DNA of 64,000 bases from the NCBI GenBank assembly GCA_028707175.1, contig JAQTUV010000005.1:207618-271617 (forward strand), given 5' to 3'. A model generated the notes under the pieces. That model worked only from the letters and a program-made list of their open reading frames with translations. It was not told the DNA's origin and searched no databases. This DNA is from Sideroxydans sp. GTDB taxonomy: Bacteria > Pseudomonadota > Gammaproteobacteria > Burkholderiales > Gallionellaceae. Shown piece by piece: positions 7,807 through 16,938 of the stretch. Within the stretch, counting starts at the first letter, position 1; every line of letters begins with the position of its first letter. Made by a program: the position numbers and the translations under genes.

Positions 7807-8327
7807 TTCGAATTCCTTTCCGCGTTCTTTTCATTGATCATCGATTGTTGCAGTACATCCAATAGCGCTTTCCCACCAATGCGATCATGACTGTCCAACT
7901 CAACCAGTTTTTCCAACATCGCTTTGCCCGCGTTGTAATTGCCCAAGCGTAGATTGACGTAGCCCGTCGCTTTCAACACCATGAGATAGAAGCGCACCAA
8001 CCCCATTGATCGCATCACACCGGCACCGATGTTCGCTTCGCACAAATAGCGCCATGTATCGGGGAACTCTAGGCGTCGCCCGACCACGGCCAAGGTGCTC
8101 TCGGCGACCAGCAACGCATCCTCAAGACGGTGTTGGTAGTAGTAATAGCGATACAACGCGACCAAGACCATGAGGTGTTGCGGTGCCATCAAATTGGCTC
8201 GCAGCAACAAGCTCTCCGCTTCTTCGCCGCCGTATTTGTCCGCCGCATCCACCAGCAGTCGCGCGACATCTCCCGCTAGTGGCTCATCGAAATACAACTC
8301 AGCTTGTTCAAAATCGAGCAGATCCAT
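7794..8327 (-). CDS. Hypothetical helical-repeat (TPR-like) protein embedded in the nif operon
   Basis: This is a 177-aa ORF. Its start at 8327 abuts the cysE stop at 8329, and its end overlaps the nifW start by 13 nt. Helical-repeat character (YRYYYYQHRLEDALLVAE..., GNYNAGKAMLEKLVELD) was judged by eye. Confidence 0.6.
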   Translation of the reverse strand: MDLLDFEQAELYFDEPLAGDVARLLVDAADKYGGEEAESLLLRANLMAPQHLMVLVALYRYYYYQHRLEDALLVAESTLAVVGRRLEFPDTWRYLCEANIGAGVMRSMGLVRFYLMVLKATGYVNLRLGNYNAGKAMLEKLVELDSHDRIGGKALLDVLQQSMINEKNAERNSKWTH

Positions 8328-8328
8328 A

Positions 8329-9225
8329 TCAAACTTTCCTCAAGCTACGCGCCACTTCGGTACCGCACAGATCATCTGCTTCACAGGTCTGGCATTGACC
8401 ATCGACGGGCTCGCCCTGTTTACGCAACTGGCCTTCGAGCACTTCGATACGTTCCATCAGACAGGCGATGGCTCGCCCCACGGGATCTGGGATGAGGTGA
8501 TGATCGAGGTTGATGCCGTAGATGTTGTCTGTGCCGGCTTCTTCTGTGCGCAGCACGATCTTGGCTGGGATGCCCACCACGGTACGGTCGGCAGGCACGT
8601 CTTTCACCACCACCGAGTTAGCCCCCACACGCACGTTGCAGCCTAAGGTGATCGCACCCAATATCTTTGCGCCGGCGCCAATCACTACGCCATCACCCAA
8701 AGTCGGGTGGCGTTTACCTTTGTTCCATGTCGTACCACCCAGGGTCACCCCGTGATACAGCGTGACATCGTCGCCGATCACGGCTGTCTCGCCGATCACC
8801 ACACCCGCGCCATGATCGATGAAGAAACGGCGGCCGATGGTCGCACCCGGATGGATGTCGATGTTGGTGATGAAGCGTGCGAACCACGACAGCAAGCGTG
8901 CCAAGTAACGCAAACCCATCGTCCATAAACGATGCGCGATACGTTGCATGAGGATGGCGTGTACACCGGGGTAAGTGGTGAGCACTTCAAAACGGGAGCG
9001 CGCAGCGGGGTCGCGCTGGAATACACAACTCACGTCTTCACTCAGCAGGGTGAATAGATTCAACGATTTTTTACGCTGAACACAGCCCTCACCCACCCCT
9101 TCGGGGCACCCTCTCCCGCCTGCGGGATAACCAGCGACTTGCCCGCTTGCGGGCTTAGTCGAATAGCTAGTAGTTCCAACAGAGGGGTTGGGGAGAGGGT
9201 GAGATTTGATCATCACGTCTTCCAT
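8329..9225 (-). CDS. cysE: Serine O-acetyltransferase (nif-associated CysE/NifP); start uncertain
   Basis: It has the hexapeptide-repeat core ([41 protein letters not shown]) and the SATase N-terminal region ([23 protein letters not shown]). ATG 9225 has a GAGAGG RBS, but the first ~54 codons are REP family A sequence. An alternative TTG start exists at 9063. Confidence 0.85.
   Translation of the reverse strand: MEDVMIKSHPLPNPSVGTTSYSTKPASGQVAGYPAGGRGCPEGVGEGCVQRKKSLNLFTLLSEDVSCVFQRDPAARSRFEVLTTYPGVHAILMQRIAHRLWTMGLRYLARLLSWFARFITNIDIHPGATIGRRFFIDHGAGVVIGETAVIGDDVTLYHGVTLGGTTWNKGKRHPTLGDGVVIGAGAKILGAITLGCNVRVGANSVVVKDVPADRTVVGIPAKIVLRTEEAGTDNIYGINLDHHLIPDPVGRAIACLMERIEVLEGQLRKQGEPVDGQCQTCEADDLCGTEVARSLRKV
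9084..9203. repeat. Family A REP-like units inside the 5' region of the cysE ORF
   Basis: The units are agccctcacccaccccttcggggcaccctctcccgcctgcggg (9084-9127), the hairpin gcccgcttgcgggc (9141-9154), and gaggggttggggagagggtgag (9182-9203). Confidence 0.75.
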
Positions 9226-9234
9226 GATGGCCTC

Positions 9235-10380
9235 TCAGTGCGCCGCACCGGGCTGTGTGCGCCCGATGTAGCGTTGATATAAGAACAACAATTCTTGATC
9301 GGCAGGCGAACGTTTCGCACGTTCCGAGAAGGTACGGATGTCGGGCAGCAAGGCGCGCGCTTCCGCCTGACTCAGATTGAGTCCCATCGTGGCATAGGCA
9401 GCGATGATGCCGTGTGCACCGGAATGTTTGCCGACCACCAACTTGAGATGACGCCCGACTTCTTCGGGCTCGAAACCTTGATAGGTGGAGGGATCTTTGA
9501 GCAGTCCATCCACATGGATGCCCGCCTCGTGGGTGAACACACCCTCGCCCACCACACTCTTCTGCCACGGCACAGGACGACCCGATGCAGCGGCGACCAA
9601 TTTTGAAAGCTCGGTGAAATGCGTGAGGTCGATGCCGGTGTGCATGCTGTAAAGCTTCTTCAAGCCAAGCGCCACTTCTTCCAGTGGTGCGTTACCCGCA
9701 CGTTCGCCCAAACCATTCACTGTCGTGTTGATGTGCGTCGCACCTGCCACGGCCGCAGCAAGACTGTTGGCAGTGGCGAGGCCGAGGTCGTCGTGTGCAT
9801 GCATCTCGATCTCGATGTCGCAAGCAGCACGCAATGCAGAGATGGCTTTATGCACACCGAAAGGCTCCATCACACCGAGGGTATCGGCATAACGGATACG
9901 CTGCGCACCAGATGCCTGTATTGCTTCTACGACTTGCAACATGAACTCTGGATCGGCGCGCGAAGCATCTTCACAACCGACGATGATCTCCATACCCGTG
10001 TGATACGCACGCGGCACCACTTCGTAGATGGTGTCGAGCACCCACTGGCGGTCGCGTTTGAGTTTCTTACTAAGATGGATGTCCGACACAGGGATGGAAA
10101 GGTCGAGCATCTGTACATCGACCTGCTCGCATGCCTTCACGTCTTCCATGCACATCCGATTCCACGCGATCAGTTTCGCTTTTAATCCGAGTGACGCGAT
10201 GGCATTGATCCCATCACGTTCCTCTTCGCCCATCGCGGGGATACCAACTTCCAATTCCGGCACGCCGAGTGCATCGAGCTTGCGCGCGATGGCTAGCTTC
10301 TCATCCAAAGTGAACGCCACCCCGGCGGTCTGTTCGCCGTCGCGCAGGGTAGTGTCATCGATGATGATGGTGCGAGTCAT
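9235..10380 (-). CDS. nifV: Homocitrate synthase NifV
   Basis: It is 381 aa. The N-terminus IIDDTTLRDGEQTAGVAF and the HAHDDLGLATANSLAA motif are typical of the HMGL-like/homocitrate synthase family. It follows nifS. Confidence 0.9.
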   Translation of the reverse strand: MTRTIIIDDTTLRDGEQTAGVAFTLDEKLAIARKLDALGVPELEVGIPAMGEEERDGINAIASLGLKAKLIAWNRMCMEDVKACEQVDVQMLDLSIPVSDIHLSKKLKRDRQWVLDTIYEVVPRAYHTGMEIIVGCEDASRADPEFMLQVVEAIQASGAQRIRYADTLGVMEPFGVHKAISALRAACDIEIEMHAHDDLGLATANSLAAAVAGATHINTTVNGLGERAGNAPLEEVALGLKKLYSMHTGIDLTHFTELSKLVAAASGRPVPWQKSVVGEGVFTHEAGIHVDGLLKDPSTYQGFEPEEVGRHLKLVVGKHSGAHGIIAAYATMGLNLSQAEARALLPDIRTFSERAKRSPADQELLFLYQRYIGRTQPGAAH

Positions 10381-10494
10381 GATGGTCAGTTCATTCGAAA
10401 AGAATAAAGACGGCGCACAGCGCCCATATCGAAGCGAAAACCACGGCGACTTGTTCCATCTCCGAAGACGCAGCTATCTTTTTGGCGACGGTTT

Positions 10495-11703
10495 TCATGC
10501 GTAGGTCGGCGCGAAGGCCTTCTCCGGTTCAGCCGCAGGACCGTCACCTTCCCAATAGGGCGAGAGCTTGCGCAGTTGCGCGATGATCTCCGGCACGACT
10601 GCGATGACGCGATCCACTTCGGCCTCGGTGCTGTAACGCGACAAGGAGAAACGCACCGTGCCATGCGCGGCGGTGTAAGGGATGCCCATGGCGCGCATCA
10701 CGTGCGAAGGTTCTAGTGAGCCAGAGGTACAGGCAGAGCCCGAACTAGCAGCGATGCCAAACTTGTTGAGCAGCAGCAGGATGGCTTCACCCTCGATGAA
10801 CTCGAACGCGATGTTGCTGGTGTTGGGCAGACGATTGCTAGGATCACCGGTGACGAATGAGCGCGGTACTTTGGCGAGGATGCCCGCCTCCAGTTTGTCG
10901 CGCAGACGTGCCACTTCGGTATTCTCGTGATGCATCGCTTCCATCGCCATCTCGGCGGCTTTGCCTAGACCGACGATGGAAGTGGTGTTCTCAGTGCCCG
11001 CACGACGACCGCGTTCCTGATGGCCGCCACGTAGCAGTGGACGGAAACGTGTGCCACGTTTCAGATACAACACACCGATGCCTTTAGGCGCGTGTAATTT
11101 GTGACCGGACACGGACAACATGTCGATCTTAGTGTCTTTCAGATTCAACGGCACTTTGCCTACGGCTTGCACCGCGTCGGTGTGGAACATCGCACCCGCA
11201 GCATTCGCCAACTCGGCCATTTCCACGACAGGGAAAAACGTGCCCGTCTCGTTGTTCGCCCACATCACCGACACCACAGCCACTTGGTCGGTGAGCAGCT
11301 TTTTGTATTCAGCCATATCGAGACGGCCTTTGCCGTCCACCTTGAGCAGGTGAACTTTGTAGCCGTCTTTTTCCAGCCAAGTACACAACGTCAGGATGGC
11401 CGGGTGCTCGACCGTTGTGGTGATGATCTCTTTGCGTTCCGGTTGCGCCTTCAGTGCAGAGATGAGCGCAGTGGAATCGGACTCGGTACCACAGGAGGTG
11501 AAGATGATCTCGGAGTCATGCTCTGCGCCGAGCAACTCTTGCACTTGCATGCGCGCCTTCTTGATGGCGAGACCGACCTTGTTGCCGAAGCTGTGCATCG
11601 ACGACGGGTTGCCGAACTGCTCGGTGAAATACGGCAGCATGGCTTCCACCACAGCGGGGTCTACCCGTGTCGTCGCGTTGTTATCGAAATAGATGCCTTC
11701 CAT
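10495..11703 (-). CDS. nifS: Cysteine desulfurase NifS
   Basis: It is 402 aa and a class V aminotransferase. It has the PLP-lysine region SVSGHKLHAPKGIG and the active-site SSGSACTSG. It follows nifU. Confidence 0.92.
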   Translation of the reverse strand: MEGIYFDNNATTRVDPAVVEAMLPYFTEQFGNPSSMHSFGNKVGLAIKKARMQVQELLGAEHDSEIIFTSCGTESDSTALISALKAQPERKEIITTTVEHPAILTLCTWLEKDGYKVHLLKVDGKGRLDMAEYKKLLTDQVAVVSVMWANNETGTFFPVVEMAELANAAGAMFHTDAVQAVGKVPLNLKDTKIDMLSVSGHKLHAPKGIGVLYLKRGTRFRPLLRGGHQERGRRAGTENTTSIVGLGKAAEMAMEAMHHENTEVARLRDKLEAGILAKVPRSFVTGDPSNRLPNTSNIAFEFIEGEAILLLLNKFGIAASSGSACTSGSLEPSHVMRAMGIPYTAAHGTVRFSLSRYSTEAEVDRVIAVVPEIIAQLRKLSPYWEGDGPAAEPEKAFAPTYA

Positions 11704-11721
11704 TTTCTGCTCCTTTTATTA

Positions 11722-11836
11722 GCCCCTCGCCCGCAGGCGGGAGAGGGGTTGGGGTGAGGGTCGTTTGGTATAGCCAGTTTCGCTTTTACTCATCACCCCT
11801 CATCCCTAACCCTTCTCCCGCTTGCGGGAGAAGGGA
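11722..11836. repeat. Inverted pair of family A REP-like units
   Basis: The pair consists of agcccctcgcccgcaggcgggagaggggttggggtgaggg (11722-11760) and the oppositely oriented cccctcatccctaacccttctcccgcttgcgggagaaggg (about 11795-11836). It sits in the nifU-nifS gap. Confidence 0.8.
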
Positions 11837-11844
11837 ACAAATTG

Positions 11845-12735
11845 TTACGGCTGGCAACTCGCCCGGCTCAATGCACCCGCCTTGGTTGGTACGATCTTGA
11901 TGAACTCTTTCAGCTCTTCCATCAATTTCTGCTGGATGCCTTGCAGCGTGAGCGCTTCCATCTGGCAACCGGCACATGCGCCAGTCATGCTGACGTAGAT
12001 GGTCTTGCCATCCACATCGAGAAGTTCGATGTCGCCGCCGTCACGTTTCAGTTGTGGGCGAACCGATTCCAACACTGCTTCGATCTTCTTGATACGTTGC
12101 AGATTGGTCATGCCGCCCTTGGGAGCTTCTTCCTTGGGTTGTGCGCCCGGATTGAAACTTTCACCACGCTCGGACATCACTTTCACAAGGATCTCTTCGA
12201 TGCCTTCATGGCAAGAAGAGCAACCGCCGCCCGCCTTGGTGTAGTTGGTCACGTCTTGCACGGAAGACAGGTTGTTGGCGCGGATGGTGTCCTCGATCAT
12301 TACCGCGTCGATGGCGAAACACTTGCACACCAGTGCGCCTTCTTCATGATCGTCGCTCCATTCTTCACCGCGATAGTTGGCCACTGCTGCTTGCAAGGCT
12401 TCACGTCCCATCACCGAGCAGTGCATCTTTTCTGGTGGCAGACCATCGAGGTAGTCAGCGATATCTTGATTGCTCACCTTGAGCGCTTCGTCCAGCGTCT
12501 TGCCCTTGATCATCTCGGTGAGGGCGGAAGAAGAAGCGATAGCCGAGCCGCAACCAAAGGTCTGGAAATGCGCATCAAGGATGATGTCGGTCTCAGGTTC
12601 AACCTTGAGCATCAAGCGCAGTGCATCACCGCAAGAGATCGAGCCCACATCGCCCACGCCGTTCGCGCCTTCCAATACGCCCGCGTTACGCGGCTCGAAG
12701 AAGTGTTCTTTGACTTTGTCTGAGTAGTCCCACAT
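11845..12735 (-). CDS. nifU: Fe-S cluster scaffold NifU
   Basis: It is 296 aa. It has an N-terminal IscU-like domain ([18 protein letters not shown]), a central [2Fe-2S] cysteine region, and a C-terminal NfuA-like CxxC (GACAGCQ). Confidence 0.92.
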   Translation of the reverse strand: MWDYSDKVKEHFFEPRNAGVLEGANGVGDVGSISCGDALRLMLKVEPETDIILDAHFQTFGCGSAIASSSALTEMIKGKTLDEALKVSNQDIADYLDGLPPEKMHCSVMGREALQAAVANYRGEEWSDDHEEGALVCKCFAIDAVMIEDTIRANNLSSVQDVTNYTKAGGGCSSCHEGIEEILVKVMSERGESFNPGAQPKEEAPKGGMTNLQRIKKIEAVLESVRPQLKRDGGDIELLDVDGKTIYVSMTGACAGCQMEALTLQGIQQKLMEELKEFIKIVPTKAGALSRASCQP

Positions 12736-12753
12736 GACGTTGCTCCTAGGTCG

Positions 12754-13077
12754 TTAAGCTGAGAATGAAGAACCACATGCGCAGCTGGAGCTGGCATTCG
12801 GGTTCTCGAATTTGAAACCGCTACCCGAGAGACTGTCGACGAAATCGACGGTCACGCCTTCGAGCAGGGGGGCAGATAAAGGATCGACCAACAAGGTGAC
12901 TGCGCCGTATTCCAATACGGTGTCGTCTTCCTGCTTGGCTTCTTCCAAGGTCATGCCGTATTGGAAGCCAGAACAACCGCCGCCGGAGATGGCGATACGT
13001 AATCCTGCAACAGGGGTGGCCGCGCCTTTGATGAATCTATCTACGGCAGAGATCGCATTGGGTGTGAGGGTGATCAT
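12754..13077 (-). CDS. iscA: IscA/HesB-family Fe-S carrier (nif-associated IscA)
   Basis: It is 107 aa with GGGCSGFQY and the C-terminal CACGSSF motif. It is the first gene behind the sigma-54 promoter, and AGGAG lies 6 nt upstream of the ATG. Confidence 0.9.
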   Translation of the reverse strand: MITLTPNAISAVDRFIKGAATPVAGLRIAISGGGCSGFQYGMTLEEAKQEDDTVLEYGAVTLLVDPLSAPLLEGVTVDFVDSLSGSGFKFENPNASSSCACGSSFSA

Positions 13078-13113
13078 GGTTCGCTCCTATCAGGTGGTTT
13101 GTACCTGATTGTT

Positions 13114-13129
13114 TGCAAGCCACGTGCCA
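13114..13129 (-). promoter_or_regulatory. Sigma-54 (-24/-12) promoter of the iscA-nifUSV... operon
   Basis: The minus strand reads TGGCAC-GTGGC-TTGCA, a perfect match to TGGCAC-N5-TTGCA. It lies ~37 nt upstream of the iscA ATG at 13077. Confidence 0.85.
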
Positions 13130-13224
13130 ACCCCTAGCTGAATAGCCAACAGGCTGTTTAATTTGGAGTTTATTTATTTCAGCTGCTCTACTCGCCTGTG
13201 CGGAACAAGACGGTAGGAGTGTGT

Positions 13225-13240
13225 TGTAGGGTTTGTGACA
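13225..13240 (-). promoter_or_regulatory. NifA-type upstream activator sequence (TGT-N10-ACA)
   Basis: The sequence tgtagggtttgtgaca fits TGT-N10-ACA. It is centred ~105 bp upstream of the -24/-12 element, the classical distance for NifA enhancers. Confidence 0.6.
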
Positions 13241-13294
13241 ACCGGTCGGATGATGCCTCCAGCACATGCAGTGCCTTCTCGATCATCCTTGATT

Positions 13295-13371
13295 TGGTGC
13301 GCTCGGCGGGAGTCGAACCCACGACCCTTGGCTTCGGAAACCAATACTCTATCCAGCTGAGCTACGAGCGC
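13295..13371 (-). tRNA. tRNA-Arg (anticodon CCG), CCA encoded
   Basis: The minus strand folds into a full cloverleaf. The acceptor stem is GCGCTCG/CGAGCGC. The D arm is GCTC..GAGT. The anticodon stem TTGGT/GCCAA carries the loop TTCCGAA. The T arm is GTGGG-TTCGACT-CCCGC, followed by a 3' ACCA. Confidence 0.92.
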
Positions 13372-13425
13372 GTTTTGATGCGGCGCGCAGGATAGCGGCT
13401 TTTGCTTGCGTAGTCCAACCCGCAA

Positions 13426-13737
13426 TCAGTTAGCAAAGCACGCAAGTTGCTGGGCGTGACACACAGAGGCCTTGGCGTAGATCAGCGCGATCCATAACCA
13501 AAATAAAATGAAGAAGGTGACGAGGGGTAAGTAGTTGTCCGCAATGAGGTGCGGCGTGATGCGACGTACACCCTTGATGACGGGGCGGGTGATAGTTTGA
13601 AATAGCTTGTAAAACAAATTTTGCTGGCGGTCTGGGCCTGCGAATATGCCCACCATACCTTGCGCCAAAAGTGAGAGTGCGGCGATCTCAACGAGTGCCT
13701 TGAGGGTGCTGATAATGAATAGTTCGGGGGAGCTCAT
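13426..13737 (-). CDS. Small hypothetical membrane protein
   Basis: This is a 103-aa ORF with 2-3 hydrophobic helices. It begins 6 nt downstream of the symporter gene on the same strand. Confidence 0.5.
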   Translation of the reverse strand: MSSPELFIISTLKALVEIAALSLLAQGMVGIFAGPDRQQNLFYKLFQTITRPVIKGVRRITPHLIADNYLPLVTFFILFWLWIALIYAKASVCHAQQLACFAN

Positions 13738-13743
13738 TGGCGA

Positions 13744-15834
13744 TTAGTTTTTCTCAACAAAGCTATCCAGACGCATGTTGGGATAGCGCACATGATCGAC
13801 CATTGCTTGTATCTCTTTGCTGGGTGCGGCGGTGATGAGGCTACCAACAATCACACCAATGAAGCCAACAGGCATGCCGAAGATACCTGCCGAGATGGGG
13901 TTTATATCCCACCACAATGGCGCGTTCACGCCAAAGAACGGATAGGTAATGAACATGTACGCCATGCACGTTCCCAAGCCACTGACCATACCAATGACAG
14001 CACCGGCTTTGTTAGCACGCTTCCAGAAAATGCCTAAGGCCAAGGCAGGAAAGAAGGCAGATGCTGCTAACGAAAATGCCGCGCCCACCAAGAAGAGGAT
14101 GTCGCCCGGCTTAAGTGAGGTGATGTACGCGGCGAATACGGCAACTACTAACAGCAATGATTTAGAGATGATGAGGCGGCGTGTTGTCGGTGCACGTGGG
14201 TCGATCATTTTGTAATACACATCGTGCGATAGCGTATTGGCGATGGTGAGCATCAGCCCATCCGCAGTGGACAACGCGGCAGCCAATCCCCCCGCCGCCA
14301 CCAATGCCGTGACGACATAGGGCAAGCCTGCGATCTCAGGCGTGGCGAGCATGATGAGGTCTCCACCGATGGTGATCTCGGCCAACTGCACGATGCCGTC
14401 CTTGTTGATGTCGGTGACACTCATCAATGTCTTGTCCACTGCCGCCCATGCGGATACCCAGCTTGGTAATTCCGAAAAGCTTGAACCGACCAGCAAGGTG
14501 TACACATCGTATTTTGCCAACACCGCCAATGCAGGGGCGGTGATGTAGAGCAAGGAGATAAACAACAGTGACCAAAACACGGACATGCGTGCCTCTTTCA
14601 CTGAGGGCGTGGTGTAGAAGCGCATGAGGATGTGTGGCAACGCGGCTGTTCCCACCATGAGGCACAACACCAGTGCGAGGAAGTTCTTTCGTTTGTTATC
14701 GCGCGTTTCTTCATCAGGCCCTGCAAAGGGTTCGGCATGCGCAATGATGGGCGATGATTTGGCCTTGTCTGTTTCTACCGCGGCCCGCCACGCGTTGCGC
14801 GCAGCCGTTACGTCTTTAGGGAATTCAGCCAACTCTCTTTCTGCTTCTATGATGGCTTTAGGATCAGCGTGAGGTTGAGCCTTCAATCCCTCAAGCACGT
14901 GAATGAGTTTTGCTCGCTCGGCAACGAGATAATTCGCGCCGCCAATCTCCAAGGCCTTCAACTTAGCTTCATCACTTGCGAGCCGTTCTTTAAAAATGGC
15001 ACGCACTTCGGCTTCGCGTGCACCCTCCGGGGTGGCCGCATCATTCAATACATTTTCACGCGCAGTGACTTGTTGCAACACGTAGCCATAAGCCGCCTGA
15101 GGCACGGGGTTGCCGGTGTGTTTCACCGATAGCCAAATGACGGGGATAAGGTAAGCGACGATGAGAATGACGTACTGCGCAACTTGCGTCCATGTAACGG
15201 CACGCATCCCACCCAAGAAGGAGCACACCAAGATGCTGCCTAGTCCAACGAATACGCCCACACCAAAATCCAATCCGGTGAAGCGACTCACGATGAGTCC
15301 CACACCATATATCTGCGCGATGACATAAGTGAACGAACAAAGGATGGCGGCGAACACGCCAATAGAGCGCGGCAAACTACCGCCGTAACGGGCACCCAAA
15401 AAATCAGGGATGGTGTAGTGACCAAATTTGCGCAGATACGGTGCGAGCAACAAGGCAACCAAACAATAGCCCCCCGTCCACCCCATCACAAATGCTAAGC
15501 CATCGTAGCCTGACAGATAGAGCGTACCCGCCAGCCCGATGAAGCTGGCCGCCGACATCCAATCAGCGCCTGTGGCCATGCCGTTGAACATGGCTGGCAC
15601 ACGACGCCCTGCAACATAATATTCAGCAACGTCAGAAGTACGCGAGAGGATGCCGATGCCCGCATACAAAGAGACGGTGACACCCAAGAAGATATAACCC
15701 AATACCTTATTGGGCACCCCCATTTGCTCCAAGATGGAGAGCATCACGATAAAACCGATGACTCCCCCCGTGTAGATGGCGTAGTAGCGTTTTAGCTGAG
15801 AGAAAAACTGTGATTGAACAGGCGCGCCCATCAA
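13744..15834 (-). CDS. Solute:sodium symporter family transporter (large subunit, paired with DUF4212)
   Basis: It is 696 aa and polytopic. SSS-type N-terminal motifs are present (YYVAGRRVPAMFNGMATGADWMSAASFIGLAG). A ~130-aa hydrophilic, helix-rich central insertion is present. It overlaps the upstream DUF4212 gene by 4 nt. Confidence 0.85.
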   Translation of the reverse strand: MMGAPVQSQFFSQLKRYYAIYTGGVIGFIVMLSILEQMGVPNKVLGYIFLGVTVSLYAGIGILSRTSDVAEYYVAGRRVPAMFNGMATGADWMSAASFIGLAGTLYLSGYDGLAFVMGWTGGYCLVALLLAPYLRKFGHYTIPDFLGARYGGSLPRSIGVFAAILCSFTYVIAQIYGVGLIVSRFTGLDFGVGVFVGLGSILVCSFLGGMRAVTWTQVAQYVILIVAYLIPVIWLSVKHTGNPVPQAAYGYVLQQVTARENVLNDAATPEGAREAEVRAIFKERLASDEAKLKALEIGGANYLVAERAKLIHVLEGLKAQPHADPKAIIEAERELAEFPKDVTAARNAWRAAVETDKAKSSPIIAHAEPFAGPDEETRDNKRKNFLALVLCLMVGTAALPHILMRFYTTPSVKEARMSVFWSLLFISLLYITAPALAVLAKYDVYTLLVGSSFSELPSWVSAWAAVDKTLMSVTDINKDGIVQLAEITIGGDLIMLATPEIAGLPYVVTALVAAGGLAAALSTADGLMLTIANTLSHDVYYKMIDPRAPTTRRLIISKSLLLVVAVFAAYITSLKPGDILFLVGAAFSLAASAFFPALALGIFWKRANKAGAVIGMVSGLGTCMAYMFITYPFFGVNAPLWWDINPISAGIFGMPVGFIGVIVGSLITAAPSKEIQAMVDHVRYPNMRLDSFVEKN

Positions 15835-16109
15835 AGATCCGTTTCTTGCATGCCGTACTCTCGGTCTAGCTGATCCATGCGATACGCGTAGTATCCAACC
15901 AGAATCAGATAGATCAACAACGCGCCCTGCGCTGCCATGAAGAAGGAAAAGGGGAATCCAAGCACGGTGAAAGATTGCAGCTCACGCGCAAACCATCCAA
16001 CGACAAAAGTAGCAACGAACCAGACCGCCAAAAGCGCACCTGTCAAACGCAGATTTTGCCGCCAGTATTGTTGCTGCTTCTCCATAATTCCCTTAATTGA
16101 AGTGCTCAC
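15831..16109 (-). CDS. DUF4212-type small membrane subunit of a solute:sodium symporter
   Basis: It is 92 aa with two TM helices. The pattern YWRQNLRLTGALLAVWFVATFVVGWFA...GFPFSFFMAAQGAL is typical of DUF4212. It is translationally coupled to the SSS gene. Confidence 0.75.
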   Translation of the reverse strand: MSTSIKGIMEKQQQYWRQNLRLTGALLAVWFVATFVVGWFARELQSFTVLGFPFSFFMAAQGALLIYLILVGYYAYRMDQLDREYGMQETDL

Positions 16110-16216
16110 TCGTGATAGGCCACACCTACCGTTTGGATAATTGCCTGCTTCGACTTAAAATGTCCCTATTCTAAGCGCAACTTACCCCCTCATCCTTACA
16201 GCTTACTGACACTGCC

Positions 16217-16900
16217 ATGCGCATCCTGATTGCTGAAGACGACGAAGTGCTTGCCGATGGACTATGCCAAGCCATGACCCACGCCGGTTATGCGGTGGAC
16301 TGCGTGAAAGACGGACATTCTGCCAAGCTCATCTTGAGCGGTGAGCAGCCCTTCGATTTGGTGATACTCGACGTTGGCCTGCCCAAGCTAGATGGCTTCA
16401 GCGTGTTACGCAGCCTACGCGAAAGTAATCGCCAAGTGCCCGTCATCATCCTCACCGCTCGCGATGCGGAAGGCGACCGTATCAAAGGTCTAGACCTCGG
16501 CGCGGACGATTACATGAGCAAGCCATTTAGCCTACCCGAATTGGAAGCGCGCGTTCGCGCACTCATTCGACGCGGTCAGTGCGGCGTGAATCCGGTCTAT
16601 ACCTGTGGCATGTTGACGTTTGATAGCGTCGGGCGACGTGCCTCGATCAGCGGCGCCACCCTAGAGTTGACCACGCGCGAGATGAGCGTTTTGGAAGCGC
16701 TGATGTTGCGCACAGGTTGGGTGGTGAGCAAAGAGCAATTGTTAGAGCGCCTCTACAGCTATGCTGAAGAAGCCAGCAACAATGCTATCGAAGTTTATAT
16801 CCATCGCTTACGCAAAAAGATCGAACCTGCTGGGGTGACTATCCGCACCATTCGCGGACTCGGTTACGTTATCGACAGCATGCCGGCTATTCCCGCTTAA
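16217..16900 (+). CDS. OmpR/PhoB-family response regulator
   Basis: It has a receiver domain (MRILIAEDDE...DLVILDVGLPKLDG...MSKPF) and a winged-helix output domain (...IEVYIHRLRKKI...IRTIRGLGYV). Confidence 0.92.
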   Translation: MRILIAEDDEVLADGLCQAMTHAGYAVDCVKDGHSAKLILSGEQPFDLVILDVGLPKLDGFSVLRSLRESNRQVPVIILTARDAEGDRIKGLDLGADDYMSKPFSLPELEARVRALIRRGQCGVNPVYTCGMLTFDSVGRRASISGATLELTTREMSVLEALMLRTGWVVSKEQLLERLYSYAEEASNNAIEVYIHRLRKKIEPAGVTIRTIRGLGYVIDSMPAIPA

Positions 16901-16938
16901 ACTCGCACCGCACTTTCACCGCGAAGCGACCAACCCTT

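Noticed and set aside
7348-11836. REP-like repeat clusters as a possible CRISPR array
   Set aside because: The units are palindromic, occur in both orientations, are irregularly spaced in separate intergenic gaps, and have no spacer periodicity or cas genes.
11842-12723. 293-aa + strand ORF
   Set aside because: It is entirely antisense to nifU, which has unmistakable NifU motifs. It is a typical shadow ORF in GC-rich coding DNA, with no recognisable protein features.
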